Source: the human T2T-CHM13v2.0 reference genome, Homo sapiens
Direction: 5' to 3' (one strand)
DNA length: 64,000 nucleotides
Assembly (NCBI RefSeq): GCF_009914755.1
Contig: NC_060927.1
The notes below the pieces were generated by a model. That model was not told where the DNA came from. It did not search any database and saw nothing but the letters and a program-made list of their open reading frames with translations. Position 1 is the first letter of the stretch; the number at the start of each line of letters is the position of its first letter. The translations under genes were made by a program, and so were the position numbers. Shown in pieces: positions 28,152-40,490 of the stretch.

Positions 28152-30802
28152 GCCTGCATGCACAGAGAAGGAGGGGCAGGGAGTGAGAGGGGGAGAGATG
28201 GCACAAAAGGCACCTGATCTTTTGGCAATGGGATTATAGGTGATTTTAATGTTTTTCTTGAAACTTCTCTGTATTTTCTAAATTTTTAATAATGATTATG
28301 TGTTACTTTGAGAATTGGAAAAAAAGCCATAAATACTACTTAAAATTATATTCTTCAGGAAATTACTTTCCATTGCTGCCTAGAACGTCTGTGCATATCA
28401 CTTTCTAGGATGATGTGGAGGGATAAGGGGAGTCCTGGGAACAATGGGGCTTGGAGAATGGCTCGTTTTGCATTAAGGTGAACTGATTTAGTGGCGCTGT
28501 GGACCTCTGGACATGCTGCCCACTGATGCTTGTCCTCTGCTCAGAGCCACCTGGAGTCAAGGAAGGAAGGAGAGGAATTTAGCATTTGTGCAGCCTCCAG
28601 GCGGTGGGGTAAATCAGAATGGGTATGGAATGTCCTCCTGGGAGAAGCCATGTCCTAGGCCGTGTGCCCAGGGGGACATCCTGCCCTCAAGGGAGTGAAG
28701 TGGAGGCAAGATTGGAAAAACCAAGTCAGGGAGAAGCAGCGAGAGCCTGCCCCAGCCCTGGAAAGGAGAGCAGGAGGAAGAAGCAAGGGGCAGGGATGTC
28801 CACCTGTACTGCTCTGAGTGGGTGTGATGGTCCCTGAGCCAGGAAATAAGGTCACCTCCCAGGTCTGGTGGTCACCTCTAGAGTGACCTTGCCAGGCTTA
28901 TCATGGGCAGAGAGAAATGTTGGCATTAAATGATCTCCAGGGGTTGATTCTTCTCTGACAGGCTGAGGAGAAGCTGGGAAGGCTGTGGGGAATGCCTGGG
29001 GCAGAAAAAAGATGAAAATATAAACTCAGTTATAAGCTTATGCCATGCTTGACTCTGATATGAGGATATTTTATTACCTGGCAGCAATGTGCCAGATGAA
29101 TTGGACAAAGAAGGTCATAATGTAAAGCATTATTGTTAATATGCCATAATTCTCATGCAAAATCCTCTGTATGTATAAGACGATGATTGTGGAACCCACA
29201 GGAGTTTTGTCTCCAGCCACTCTTGCTAGCCAGGATGAACCACAACTCTTTCATGTCATCAAAAGATCACTGGCCGCACACACTGTGAATAAAGCACTGT
29301 AGCAGGGAATGCTATAACATGACATGGCACCATACAACGCAACACAATGTAACAACATAAAAAAATATCATATCCCCAAAATAAGGCTCAGTGGCTGCCC
29401 TAGATGTGCTGATAGTTGGAAGGAGGGTGGATATGGGGACTGTCACTGGAACTGTCTCCAGAACTTTGCTTATAAAATCCCAGTCTATAAGCAAAGACCT
29501 GGAGAGCCCAAAGGTGGAGGAATTAACTTTGCAGGCAGGAGCTGAGAGAGCACGGAAGGAGGGGCCGAGGACTAGAAACATTTCCACCTCCTGAAGAGCT
29601 CCGACCAGCCATCCCAGAGCCTAAAATATCACCCAAGGAGATTTATTTAATGACCTCAGACTGCAGAATCTTCGCTTCTACTTTACAGAATTGACAACCT
29701 CAATTTTGCCTCCATAGCTCATGGCTGATATATATCCCAAGCCACAATGAAAACATGGATGTAAGATGCCCTGAACAAGCTGCCAAGGAGCACCCTGGAG
29801 GATTTGGAGAAAGCTGCAGCCCCCACTCTCCAGCAATATCAGGGCTCAGGGACCCAATCAGAGAAGCCCCAAGGGCTGCAAAGGACCACATGGCCACCAA
29901 ATGTGGCCTGATGGGAAGAGACTGAACAGAGGGGCAGCCAAGCAGAAGGCAATGTCATTACCTGGGTTACCCTTGATGAACCCTGAAGCTGCTGAGTCTT
30001 CTATGAATGCATTATCCTTATTATTTAAAAAGATCTGTGTGTTCCAGTTTGGTGCACTGTATCCTAGTGTATTAATTTGGTATTATTTTATACTGAGATG
30101 GTCCAGGCCCTGCCATAGGAACTGTATGATGCTCCTACAGTCAGTACCAAGGCCAGGCCCCAACAGCTGTGTGGCTGAAATATCTGGGTGGACAGGTGCA
30201 CCCTACACCAATGGGCTCTGACCGCAGTAGACTTTCCCAAATCTGATCACCTCTCCTAGGATGTGTGAGCCAAGTGAGGGAAAAAGGGAGGGAGTGTGCC
30301 TGTAGGAGAGACTATGAAGTATGCTTTTCTTTTGGTATTTTGTTGAAAATACTGTGGTTTCTATACTGCAGCAGGACAAACAAACCATGACTTATCTTTC
30401 ACAATTTATGTACTTGATTTCTTATAATCTGACAGTGTGTTTATATTTCTCCCATGTGCTCTCTTTTCCCTTTTCTTACACACTACCCTTACAGCTACGT
30501 CAATAACTAGTAATCTTGATAATAATTCTCTCTCCAGGGCCCCATGCAGAACCTCATGAGACGTGACTTCAGAGGCCTCCTCTCTGAAGGTGAGGGAGGC
30601 GTCAGCTGTTCAGAGAGAGAGGCTGCCTTGCCTGGGAACACACAGCTAGCCAGTGGCCGGAGCAGCAGTGGATGCAGTTGTCCTGATGCATAGTTCAAGA
30701 AGCTTTTTTTTTTTTTTTTTTTTTTCACGTGTGAAAACATCTATTGGGGAAATGGAAAAATCATTTGACCTCATATTCCTCATAGCTGACATGGTAAGTT
30801 AA

Positions 30803-30886
30803 TTTTTTTTCTTTTTTCTTTTTATTTTATTTTATTTTTGTTATTATTATACTTTAAGTTTTAGGATACATGTGCACAATGTTGCA
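30803..30886 (-). mobile_element. Very short 3'-terminal fragment of a young L1PA plus A-rich tail
   Basis: ttattattatactttaagttttaggatacatgtgcacaatgt is the reverse complement of the L1PA 3' end. Confidence 0.8.
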
Positions 30887-33800
30887 CCAGCTCTTTTGTA
30901 AATCAAGATTTTGTTTTGATCTATACACTTGTAGGTGGTATAGAGAGTGAAATGGAAAGGTGGTTTGCACCAGTGACATAACTCATCTTTGTGAGTGCCA
31001 TCCTTTGGTGTAGCTATAAGGGTGGGGGAGCTAAGATGTCCCTTTCAGAGGCCTTATACACCAGCATCAGATTTGGTGATAATTTAAGGTTATCCAATGA
31101 ATCTGCATCTCCCAGAAGGCTTAGATGGCCACTGCCTATCTTTTGGGGCCTTTGGAACCAAGTGATGTTTTAGGATTATAGGGGACATACTGCTAACCAG
31201 AAGCAGCCATCTGACTGCACACACTCCTGCCCCTGCTCTCAGTGACAGCTAGAGGATGAGTGGAAAGCCAGCTGACATCTGATTGGTGACAACCAACTCC
31301 CTCAGTGTCAGGGCTCAAACTCGTAATAAGTGCCTGGCTTTATCCAACGTCTCTGAAACCTGCTAGCTGGTGATGCTAAAGCCATGCTAACGGGAAGAGA
31401 ATTTACTGGAGGCCGACTCAAGAGCAGCAGTCTGGGGAATTAAGCTTGGCTCCTGCGAGGAAATTAGGCAGAATCAACTAAGGATGCGGGCAACTGAGGC
31501 AAAAAGAGAGACATTAATGTTGGATGATAGAAAGTCAGAAGGAAACCGGACCAGCAGTTACAAGCTATAGCATTAACCAAAAAACCCCACATCAGTGACT
31601 TGGGACAGACAGAAGGAACTGAATGATGTTGTGAAAATATCTGAATTCCTCCCCAAATTACTTTATTAAATCAGTCTTTAATGAGACAATTTCAGGGAGG
31701 TGGAATGGACTGGCAAAAAGTAATGATGTCCACCCTGACAACCAAGAAGGGATAAATCAGCAAGTGCGGATTATATGTCCTCAGTTATTAAGGAATTAGC
31801 TAATTAATTTACCAAACTTTTGGCAGTTATTTTAAAGGTAAAGAGAGTTAGTAGAGGGATGCATAGATAGGTTACTGATCTTTAAAGAAACAGTTAAAGG
31901 AATTCAGGGGACCGTGAGCTATTGCTACACATCTCAGGCAGTGTGAGGAATTTTGCACATGGTAATCACCATGTTGGAACTAACTTTAAATGATGCAAAA
32001 TGTTAGGGAGAGTTTTAATGATAAGCTGCAGGCCAGAATAGGGCCATTGTTAAGTATCTGGACCAGGGCAAAAAGCTGACAGTTTCACTCAAGGCAAGTG
32101 TCAATTTTCTGAATCTATGTAGGCTGGCAGAGTCTGTAGGAAAACTCCACAGAGCAAAAGGACTCCAATCAATACTCAAGAAAGACAAGATAGGTCAAAA
32201 AACACCCACCCCAAAATCGGGTTGGTAACCCCCAAACTGCAGTCTCATTGAGTCCTATAGCCCTGCCAGGTAGGCAATCTAGTCTCCAATATATAGATGA
32301 GAGCACTGAGGCTGCAAGAGGTTAAGGGCCTTACCACAAAGAACAAAACTAATAGGTGGTAAATTAAAAACTGGGAGCCAGGTCTTTCTGGCTTTAACTT
32401 TGGCACTCCTTCTAAAGGATGCTAGGATGCTTATACTGGATCAAGGAGGCGATACCACTCTAAGTGGTAGACCCAGGTCTTTCTAGCTTCAAATCTGGCA
32501 TTCCTTCTACAGTATGCTAGAAAGCTTATACTGGATAAAGAGGAATATATCCTGGAACTTGGAAAAAATGCTAAGCATTTTTCAAATTTGTAAAATCAGA
32601 GGAAAATAATCATGTTCTGAAAGATGCTAGGCACAAATGGAGCTAAGAGACTTGTGGCTATTTCATCAGTTAAAAGAGAATTCCACATTCCATTCCACAT
32701 AAGTCTGCTAGGAATATCCTGTCATTTCTATATATGTCTATTGAGGGCCTACTGGGTGTAGGATTCTGAGATGGGTATTCGCAGGGGAGGTAGAAGGAGA
32801 GAGGAGATAAAGGCAAATATAGACGTATACAATCGATAGGATGTATGACAACAACCGAGCACAGGTAATTCCTGTATGCACAGAACACAGTCTGGAAAGT
32901 AATATGACCAAATGTTACCAGTGTTAGCTGTAAGTGGTGAGATTCAGAGTAATAATTTCTTTTTTGCTTTAGTGCATTTTATAAACCATCTACAATGAAT
33001 GGTATTTTTTAAATTTAAAAATGTTATTAATTGAAAGCATAAGGCAACACATGAGTTTGGTGTGCAACTGGGCTGGGGGTACAAAGGAAGGGGAAGGTTG
33101 TGGGCTGTCCTGGAGCGGGGCCTGGAAGGAGCTCTGGGGAGAGGGAGCAGGTGTGCATGCAGAGGTGGTCAGGAAGGTGGTGTCACACAGTGCAGGGCTG
33201 GAAACTTGGCTGAGGTCAGATTTTGGAGGACTTTGCTAGATAGTGTGATCCTTTAGTGATGTTAGGAACCCAGGACCAGGGAAGCCTGGACAGAGAGGCC
33301 AGTGAGGATCCAGGTTCCTGGAGAGGCCTGCAGGCAGCAGGAGGTATGCTTGGGTCTGGGGTAGGGGGTGGGAAGCAGCCTGGGTGGCATATTCTGTACC
33401 CTGACCCACTGTGGCTGCGTCTGGGGCTGTGGTCTCAGGGATTGGCCTTGAAAGTGAGAAAAGGGAAGAACAGGAAGCAGAGCAGGAGGCTTAGAGTAAC
33501 TCAGCAGCCGGGTAGGTGCCTGTGCTTGGCAGTGGTGATGGGGGCAGGAGGCAGCACAACAGGGGGTTTGGGCCAGGAATAGGTTGCATGCACCCAGTGC
33601 TCGGCAGCTGCCGCCTCTGCAACACTGAGGCCATCACAACTGCCTGCCTGTGGACTAAGTGTTACACTTGGTTTGATGAATTGCCACCTGCAGTTCTGGT
33701 GGGCTGACATCTGGGTGCCTAAGAAGACTCACTCCCAGAAGCCTAGAAAGACAGTGGGCCGCTGTTCATCCACCCCCTGGGGAGGGGTTCTTTGATGGCC

Positions 33801-34502
33801 CCAGGGCTAGCTGACTGTTTTCTGGAGGAACCCAGCAGACCTCAGAGGGTAGGCTCAGGAAGCTGTGGGGGTCAGTGGCCATCCCCTCCCCCCACCCCAC
33901 ATCTTGAGCCTGTTTTGAGTCACTGGGAACTGGCAATGGCCTGTTCTCCTGCTCAGGCCAGAGCTGTCACCCACCCCAGCAACCTGGCCATATGCCCACT
34001 CCCAGAGTGCTGAAAATGGAGCCCAGCGACTCCAAGAGTAGCCGCTTCGTAGTGATTCAGCTGTCCAACTGACAAATCTTTTCAGGTGGGAGATCTTTTG
34101 TTTCCCCCAAAAGAGGCTCCCTGTGTCAGCCCTGAGGACAGCCTTTCACAGTCCCCTTGGCATCTGCAGTCACTGTCCTCCCGCTCCCAGGCCTGCCATT
34201 CTTTTAACCTTCAGCTGCATAGAGATGGGAGAAGGCGGAAAAAGGGCTTTTTATAACCAAATTATCTCTGTGCATTCATCTACCATTATGTTAATGCATC
34301 GCGAAGCCCGGCAGATGGTACAAAGTCAATTATGCTGGTGTTAAAAAGGGAGAAATTGACCTTTTCAGGACTCACTTGGGTTCCAGAGCAGAGTTTGTAA
34401 ACTCAGGTTTCAGGCCTGGCATGTGGGCAAAGGCACATGGCACTGTGGAAGAGGGAGAGGGATGGGTCCGGTGGTCAGCATGGGGACTCCTGTCTCTCGT
34501 AC

Positions 34503-34620
34503 CTGCACATTCTCTCGAAGAGGCCAGCATAGCCATCACAGTTGGTCTTCTGGGTCCGCAGGATGTCAGTGGGTTTGAAGGCTTGGCGGTCCTTCTCCTG
34601 AGCAGCTGCAATGTCATACT
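34503..34620 (-). CDS. KY: KY coding exon 8 (118 nt; EYDIAAAQEKDRQAFKPTDILRTQKTNCDGYAGLFERMCR), contains the triad Cys
   Basis: gccctatag|AGTATGAC...TGCAG|gtacga; TNCDGYA motif, Cys codon at 34538-34540. Confidence 0.96.
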
Positions 34621-36103
34621 CTATAGGGCAGGTGAGGGGATCATGAAGAGCTTGAGCCTGGGAGGCGAGAAGACTCCACCCCAACCCCCAGCTGTGCTCT
34701 GGCCATCACCAGCCCCAGGAAACTACAGTGGGCTGAATGGAACTACAGCCCCAGCACAAATGGGATCTGGGAACTATCACCTCTTTGTGCAAGTGGTGAG
34801 AGGAAGAGCAGGCCTTGGCAGAGGGGGCCACCTGGCTCCCCAAGCCTCTGAGGAGGGGCTAGGAGGAGAAGGGACCAGGACAGTGCAGAGGCATGGGGCT
34901 CTCTCTGCTAATCCCCACCACACAGCTCTGCACACATTTCCAGTGAAATCACTCATCCCGTTTTCCTGCAGCCCGAAGGCCTCATGCTGACCCATGGGGC
35001 ACACAGAGCTCGTCTCCAAGTGGAGAAGGCTGCTCTCCCACAGCCTGTCACTTCACTAAGGAGGGGATGAAGACATTGCAAAGAAGCCTGAGGCCTGTGG
35101 TGAGGCCCTAAGGCAGAAGTCTCTGTAGCTATTGAGGACCCATTGAGACTGTGTATGTGTGTGTTGGCATGGGGATAGAGCAGTAACGAAGTCCTATAAA
35201 TGTCCCATTTCTGACCCTGCCCCTTTAAGGCACAGGCACAGCTGGTGGAGTTGGGATGGGAGCTGAGCTGGGGGTCTCTCAAGTCCTCAGTTTGGACCTC
35301 CTACCTGTGCCAGGCGAGCTCATTCTCTAAGCTGCATTCCAAACTGTTGTTCCAGAAGAATAAAAGAAAAGCCCAGTGGCAGCAGGTCGAGAAAGACCCG
35401 GCTGGTCTTTATGTCAAAGGACTAGGAGTCCACCTCGTGATCTGGCCCTGCCCACTCTCATTTGTGTTTGCAAGGCGGCAAGGGGCAGCATCCCTTAGCC
35501 ACCACCTCTGCAGCTCTGCTTGACCCGGGAGCTTCCCAAGGCCATCCTGTGGAGAGCTGTGGGCAGCTGCATAGGCCCAGGTCCCTCAGGTGGCTCCAAG
35601 AACCTTGGAGACTGCGCTGGGACCAGTGGCCAATGTTGCTAGTGTGGGAGCAGGAAGTGGAGAACCCGCTTTTCCTGGCCCTGGTATTTAATGAACCCTC
35701 TGGTATTGCAATCACTTTTCAAACAGCTGCAACTTCTCCCCACCAATGGTAATCCTTCTTGGAGATGACCTGTTGCTCTGGGCTCTCATCTCTGTGGAGA
35801 TAAGACAGAGGGAAGGCTGGGACAGAGGGAAGGCTGCTGCTGGATGAAGTTTCCAGCTCTGGGCACTGGTTATGGGCAGAAGGCTGCAAGGGATTCTCCT
35901 CCAACTAACTTTCATGGAGACTCATAGCACATGGTGAATTTTATCCTCCTTGGTTACTCTCTGGTTCATCAGTCCAGTCTTCTGGGTCCCTGTCCCCCAC
36001 CTTTCATGTCACTCTGCACACGTGAATAAGCTGATAGGAGCAGAGGCCTGCAGGGAATGGAAGCAAGGGATTCTAGAGCCAGAAATTCCACAGGGGGGCC
36101 TAC

Positions 36104-36212
36104 CTATGTGATGGCAGATCCAGATCCAGATGGCGCGGACCCTTTCCAGGTCAGTGTGGGCCTCCTGGAGCAGGTCACTCACCAGTTCGTCTAGGCCACT
36201 CTTGGCTGTCAC
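36104..36212 (-). CDS. KY: KY coding exon 7 (109 nt; VTAKSGLDELVSDLLQEAHTDLERVRAIWIWICHHI)
   Basis: ctccccag|GTGACAGCC...CACATAG|gtaggc; start of the transglutaminase-like domain; seen in ORF 36009..36413. Confidence 0.96.
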
Positions 36213-36514
36213 CTGGGGAGCAGGAAGGGTGTGCTGTATTAGGGCCTCGAGGAGGGGCTGTTGGGGGCCCAGCATCTTGCACCTACAGCCAGTGCTGCTC
36301 TTCCTCCAGGCAGAGAAGCTGGAGGAGAGGTCCTGAGGGGCAAAGGCTGGCTGAGGACAAATTGGGAGGAGGTGGGGGAAGTTGGACAGGGCAGGTGGTG
36401 CTGACCAGCTCAATCACAGGCCCTAGAGCCACCACAGCTTTTCTCTGCAGATCTGGGGGCTAGCCAGGCAGGCATCTGGACAGCTGTAGCAGCCCCTGGT
36501 CGTGGTCAATACTA

Positions 36515-38058
36515 AGGATTTAACATAATCCTTATCAAAATTCCAATAGCTTTTTGTGCTGAAATGGAAAAGTCAGTTCTCAAATTCCTATAAATTCCAA
36601 GGGGCTCCAAGCAGCCAAAACAATTTTGAAAAAAGAACACATTTGAAGGACACAAGTTCCCCATTTTCAAAACTTACTGTAGAACTACAGTAATCAAAAC
36701 AGTTTGATACTGCCATGAAGATTATATAGACAAATGGAATACAACTGAGAGTCCAGAAATGGACCCACATATCTACGGTTAGTGGATCTTTGACAAGGGT
36801 GTCAAGTCCATTCAGTGGGGAAAGAATAGTCTCTTTTACAAATGGTGCTGGGACAATTGAGTTTCTACATGCAAAAGAATAAACTTGGATCTCTACCTCA
36901 TGCCATATACAAAAACAACTCAAAATGGATCAGTGACTCAAATATAAGAGCTTAAACCATAAAACTCTCAGAAGAAAACACTGGGGTTAATCTTCATGAC
37001 CTTGGATTTGGCAATGAATTCTTAGATATGGCACCAAAAGCACAAGCAACAAAGGAAAAAACAGATAAAAGGGCATTCGTGAAAATAAAAAATTTCTGTG
37101 CATTAAAGGATATCATTTAGAAGGCAGAAAGAAAACTTACAAAATGAGAGAAAACATTGCAAATCATATATCCAATAAGGGTTAAATATCCAGAATATAA
37201 AAAGAACTCCTACAACTCCACAAAAACAAAACCAACCCAATTCAAAAAGGGGCAAAGGACTTGAACAGATATTTCTCTAAAGAAGATATACAAATGGCCA
37301 ATAAGCACATAAAAAAAAGCTCAACATCCTTAGTCATGAGAGAAATGTAAATCAAAACCACAGTGAGATAGCACTTCAGACTACTAAAATGGCTATTGAA
37401 AAATGAAACCAGAAAATAATGTGTTGGCAAGAATATGGAGGAATTGGAACTCTTGTACGATGCTAGTGGGAATGTAAAATTGTGCAGCTGCTGTAGACAA
37501 ATTTTGACAGTTTCTCAGAAAGTTAAATGTAGAATTATCATATGATCTAGCAATTTCAGTCCAAGGTACGCACCCAAAAAAACCGAAGGCAGAGACTCAA
37601 ACAGACATTTGTTTCCCCAATGTTCATTGCAGCACTATCCACAATAGCCAAAAGGTTAAAAAACATCCATCCATGAATGAAAGGATAAATAAAATAGAGT
37701 ATATACCATATATACATGGGAATATTATTCAACTATAAAAAGAAGGAATTAAGTTCTGTATATGCTACGACATGGATGAACCTTGAAAACATGATGCTAA
37801 GTGACATAAGCCAGACACAAAAGGACAAATACTGTATGATTCCACTTATATGAAATATCTAGAATAGGAAAGTTCATAGACAGTAAGTAGAGATTACCAG
37901 GGGCTGGGGGAGGAGAAATGGGAATTTCATTGCTTAATGGGTAGAGTTTCTGTTTTGGGTGATGAGAATACAACATTGTGAATATAATTAATGCTAGTGA
38001 ATTGTACACTTAAAAATTATTAAAATGGCAAATTTTATGTTATTTTATGATAAAAAAA
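36515..38058 (+). mobile_element. L1MA/L1MB-type 3' fragment (antisense to KY, intron 6)
   Basis: ORF2 C-terminal and 3'UTR motifs (aaatggtgctgggacaattg; acatggatgaaccttgaaaacatgatgctaagtg; tgaattgtacacttaaaa) plus A tail. Confidence 0.9.
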
Positions 38059-38749
38059 GAACAAATTAGCTTTCTTCGTAGGGGCCCTCAGGGAAACAGG
38101 GCTGAGGTTGCTGGAAAGATGGCTCTGACCATGTTTAATCTCTGTAGAGAAGCTGGGCCACTAGGTCCTGCAATGGTGCCCACATTCCCCTCAGCTCCCA
38201 GCTTGAGGGTACTCCAGGACCTTGTTTTTAGCTGGAAACATCTCACTGCTCACAAGAGATTCCAGGACTCACCTGCTGACCACTGGCCCAGCACACTGGC
38301 ACTCTGACCTCTGGAGACCTCTGGACCCCTGTTCTACTCTCTCAGCTGCTTTCTGTTTCATTTTCTTCTACGTCCAGCTCCAACACCGCAGACTTTGTCC
38401 TTGTCCCTCTCCCAGGGCCCCGAATGGTACTCAGCATTGCAGGCCTGCACTGCAGCCTGGAGTCCTGACTTAGCCTTCTACTTCAGTGCCATGGCTTCTG
38501 GTCCTTTGGTCCCCACCTCCTGGCCCCACCTGGGCCTGGCTTGCTCTGGCCACTCCCTGCTCTGTGGCTGGGTCTCTGGCCTCCGCTGGCTTCCTGGCAC
38601 TGTTCTCTGAGTATGGCCAGCAGCCTGACCCATCCCTTCTGATGGCCATTACAAAAATCTGGGCCCTTTGCAGACTCCAGACCCCACCCACTTTCCTCAC
38701 TCACAGGTAATGGCCTGGCCTCCACTTCACGGCAGGCCAGGTGGGACTT

Positions 38750-39900
38750 CCTCACTAAGAGTCTCATCCTCCCCTCCTGCTTCAGCCTTCTCTATGTCTC
38801 AGGTCTTCTGCCTTTACAGGGACTTCCCTTCTTCAATCAATGGCCTCCTTCTCGTATGTCCTCACCTCCTCCCTTCCTTTCCTGGCTGCTCCATGCCCCC
38901 TTGTTCCCCCACCTTAGGATGCCCCCCTACTCTCCTCAGTTCTGCTCATGTCTAGCCTCCCCGTCTCTGCAGGCTCCTGTGGGATCTTCTCCTCACTCCC
39001 CACTACTCACCTCCTGCTTGCTCTTCCACCCACCTGAGGACTGAGGCCTCCAGCCCCTGTGCACTGCCCCTCTGGAGGTAAGGTGCACTTTGATGCTGCA
39101 GTAGCCGACATGGCGTCTGTCCTGATCTCACTTGAGCAGATAGCACAGCTCACGCTGTTGACCACGTCTGCCCCAGGGAGCCCCTCCCTGGACCTTCCAG
39201 AACTCTGACCCTTCCTGGCCTTGCCCCAGCCCCTTTGATGGCTCCAGGCCCTATGGGCTTCCTCCACCCCCGCAATATGATGCCCGTCCTATGGCTTCAG
39301 CTCTTAACGAAATCTGATGACTACCAATCAGTGTCTCCAGCCCAGACCTTTCCAAGCTTGTATATTTGGCTGCCCAGGGGGCATTTCCCCTGGATGTGCC
39401 ACAGACACTAGAGCCCCTCATATCCCAAACACACTCATCCCCTAAAACTTGCTCCTTCTCCCTTGCTCCTCGTGAGGAGGTACTGATGCACCCTCCAGGA
39501 GTCAATCCAGCTATCTGGGAGCCCCTCTCCCCCACCTCCCACCCACTCCACACCCACTGGTGTTAGAGTTCTTCCCCTCTGCCCCTAGCTCAGGATTGGC
39601 CTTTCCACTCCTCTGTTTCCTCAATGTCTCCACTTAATCCAGGTCATGTCTTCTGCCAGGACAGAAGGATGTCCTCAACTTATGTCTTTGCTTCTCATCT
39701 GGCTTTCTTGATCCATGCACTCACCATCCACTCATTATTTCAACAAACAAGGTTCCTGAGTACCTATAAGGTGGCCTTTTTAAGACCACTTAATGTCCTG
39801 ACTTCACAAAAGTGTTCAACACCTTGTTCCTCCTATCAGACTCTCTGTGCTGAAGCTCCTGCCTGGCTCCAATGACTTCCATATGTCCCTAGTGTTTCAG
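38750..39900 (+). mobile_element. L2 fragments
   Basis: ctccagcccagacctttcc...cccctggatgtgccacagacac L2-like motifs. Confidence 0.6.
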
Positions 39901-40407
39901 CTCTTCATCTGCTCCTCCCACCTGCACCTGAGACATGCTCAGGGCCAGAGGCATGAGAGCATGGCAGCTCATGCACTTCAGAGGTGAGCACAGCTGTGAT
40001 TATAATGGTCCTGGCCATCTGCATCCACGGTCCTCCCATCCTCTCCTCCCTTCTTCCATGGACTGGAGGCAGGCATAGCTTAGGAGCAGAAATGCCAAAA
40101 GGGGCATGGAGAAGGCAGGTCAGGGCTGGCCAGAGGGGCTTGCCAATGAAGAGCTCCAGGGTGTGTTGTATGGGGTGGGAGCAACAGGATCGTGGGTGGG
40201 GTGGGGGATGGAATGGCCTCTGGCTCTGGGCAGGGGCTGCTGCCTAGTGCCTTCTGTCCCCACCCATATGCTATGAAAAGGCATTCCAGGGCCATCCAAC
40301 CAAGCCACTCAGGATATGTTCAGGAGGTGTCTGGGGAGAGGTTTTGCTGCCCTAGAACTCTAAGCCACCTTGAAGGGGCCCATGGTCAGAGCGGCCAGCT
40401 GTCCTAC

Positions 40408-40490
40408 CTGTGAGGCGTAGATATCCAATTTCTCAAACTGCTGCAGGTCCAGGGACATGGATTTCAGGCTAGATCGATCCCAGGGGTAGG
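40408..40490 (-). CDS. KY: KY coding exon 6 (83 nt; AYPWDRSSLKSMSLDLQQFEKLDIYASQ)
   Basis: gtgtttccag|CCTACCCCTGG...TCACAG|gtagga; phase 1 to 0. Confidence 0.94.

Noticed and set aside
34376-34990. 204-aa plus-strand ORF across exon 8
   Set aside because: Antisense shadow of a coding exon plus GC-rich intron; no independent support.
40414-40416. Ala codon in DIYASQ where my memory of the human protein has Thr
   Set aside because: My recollection of that residue is not reliable enough to call a variant or a species difference; it needs alignment to the reference.
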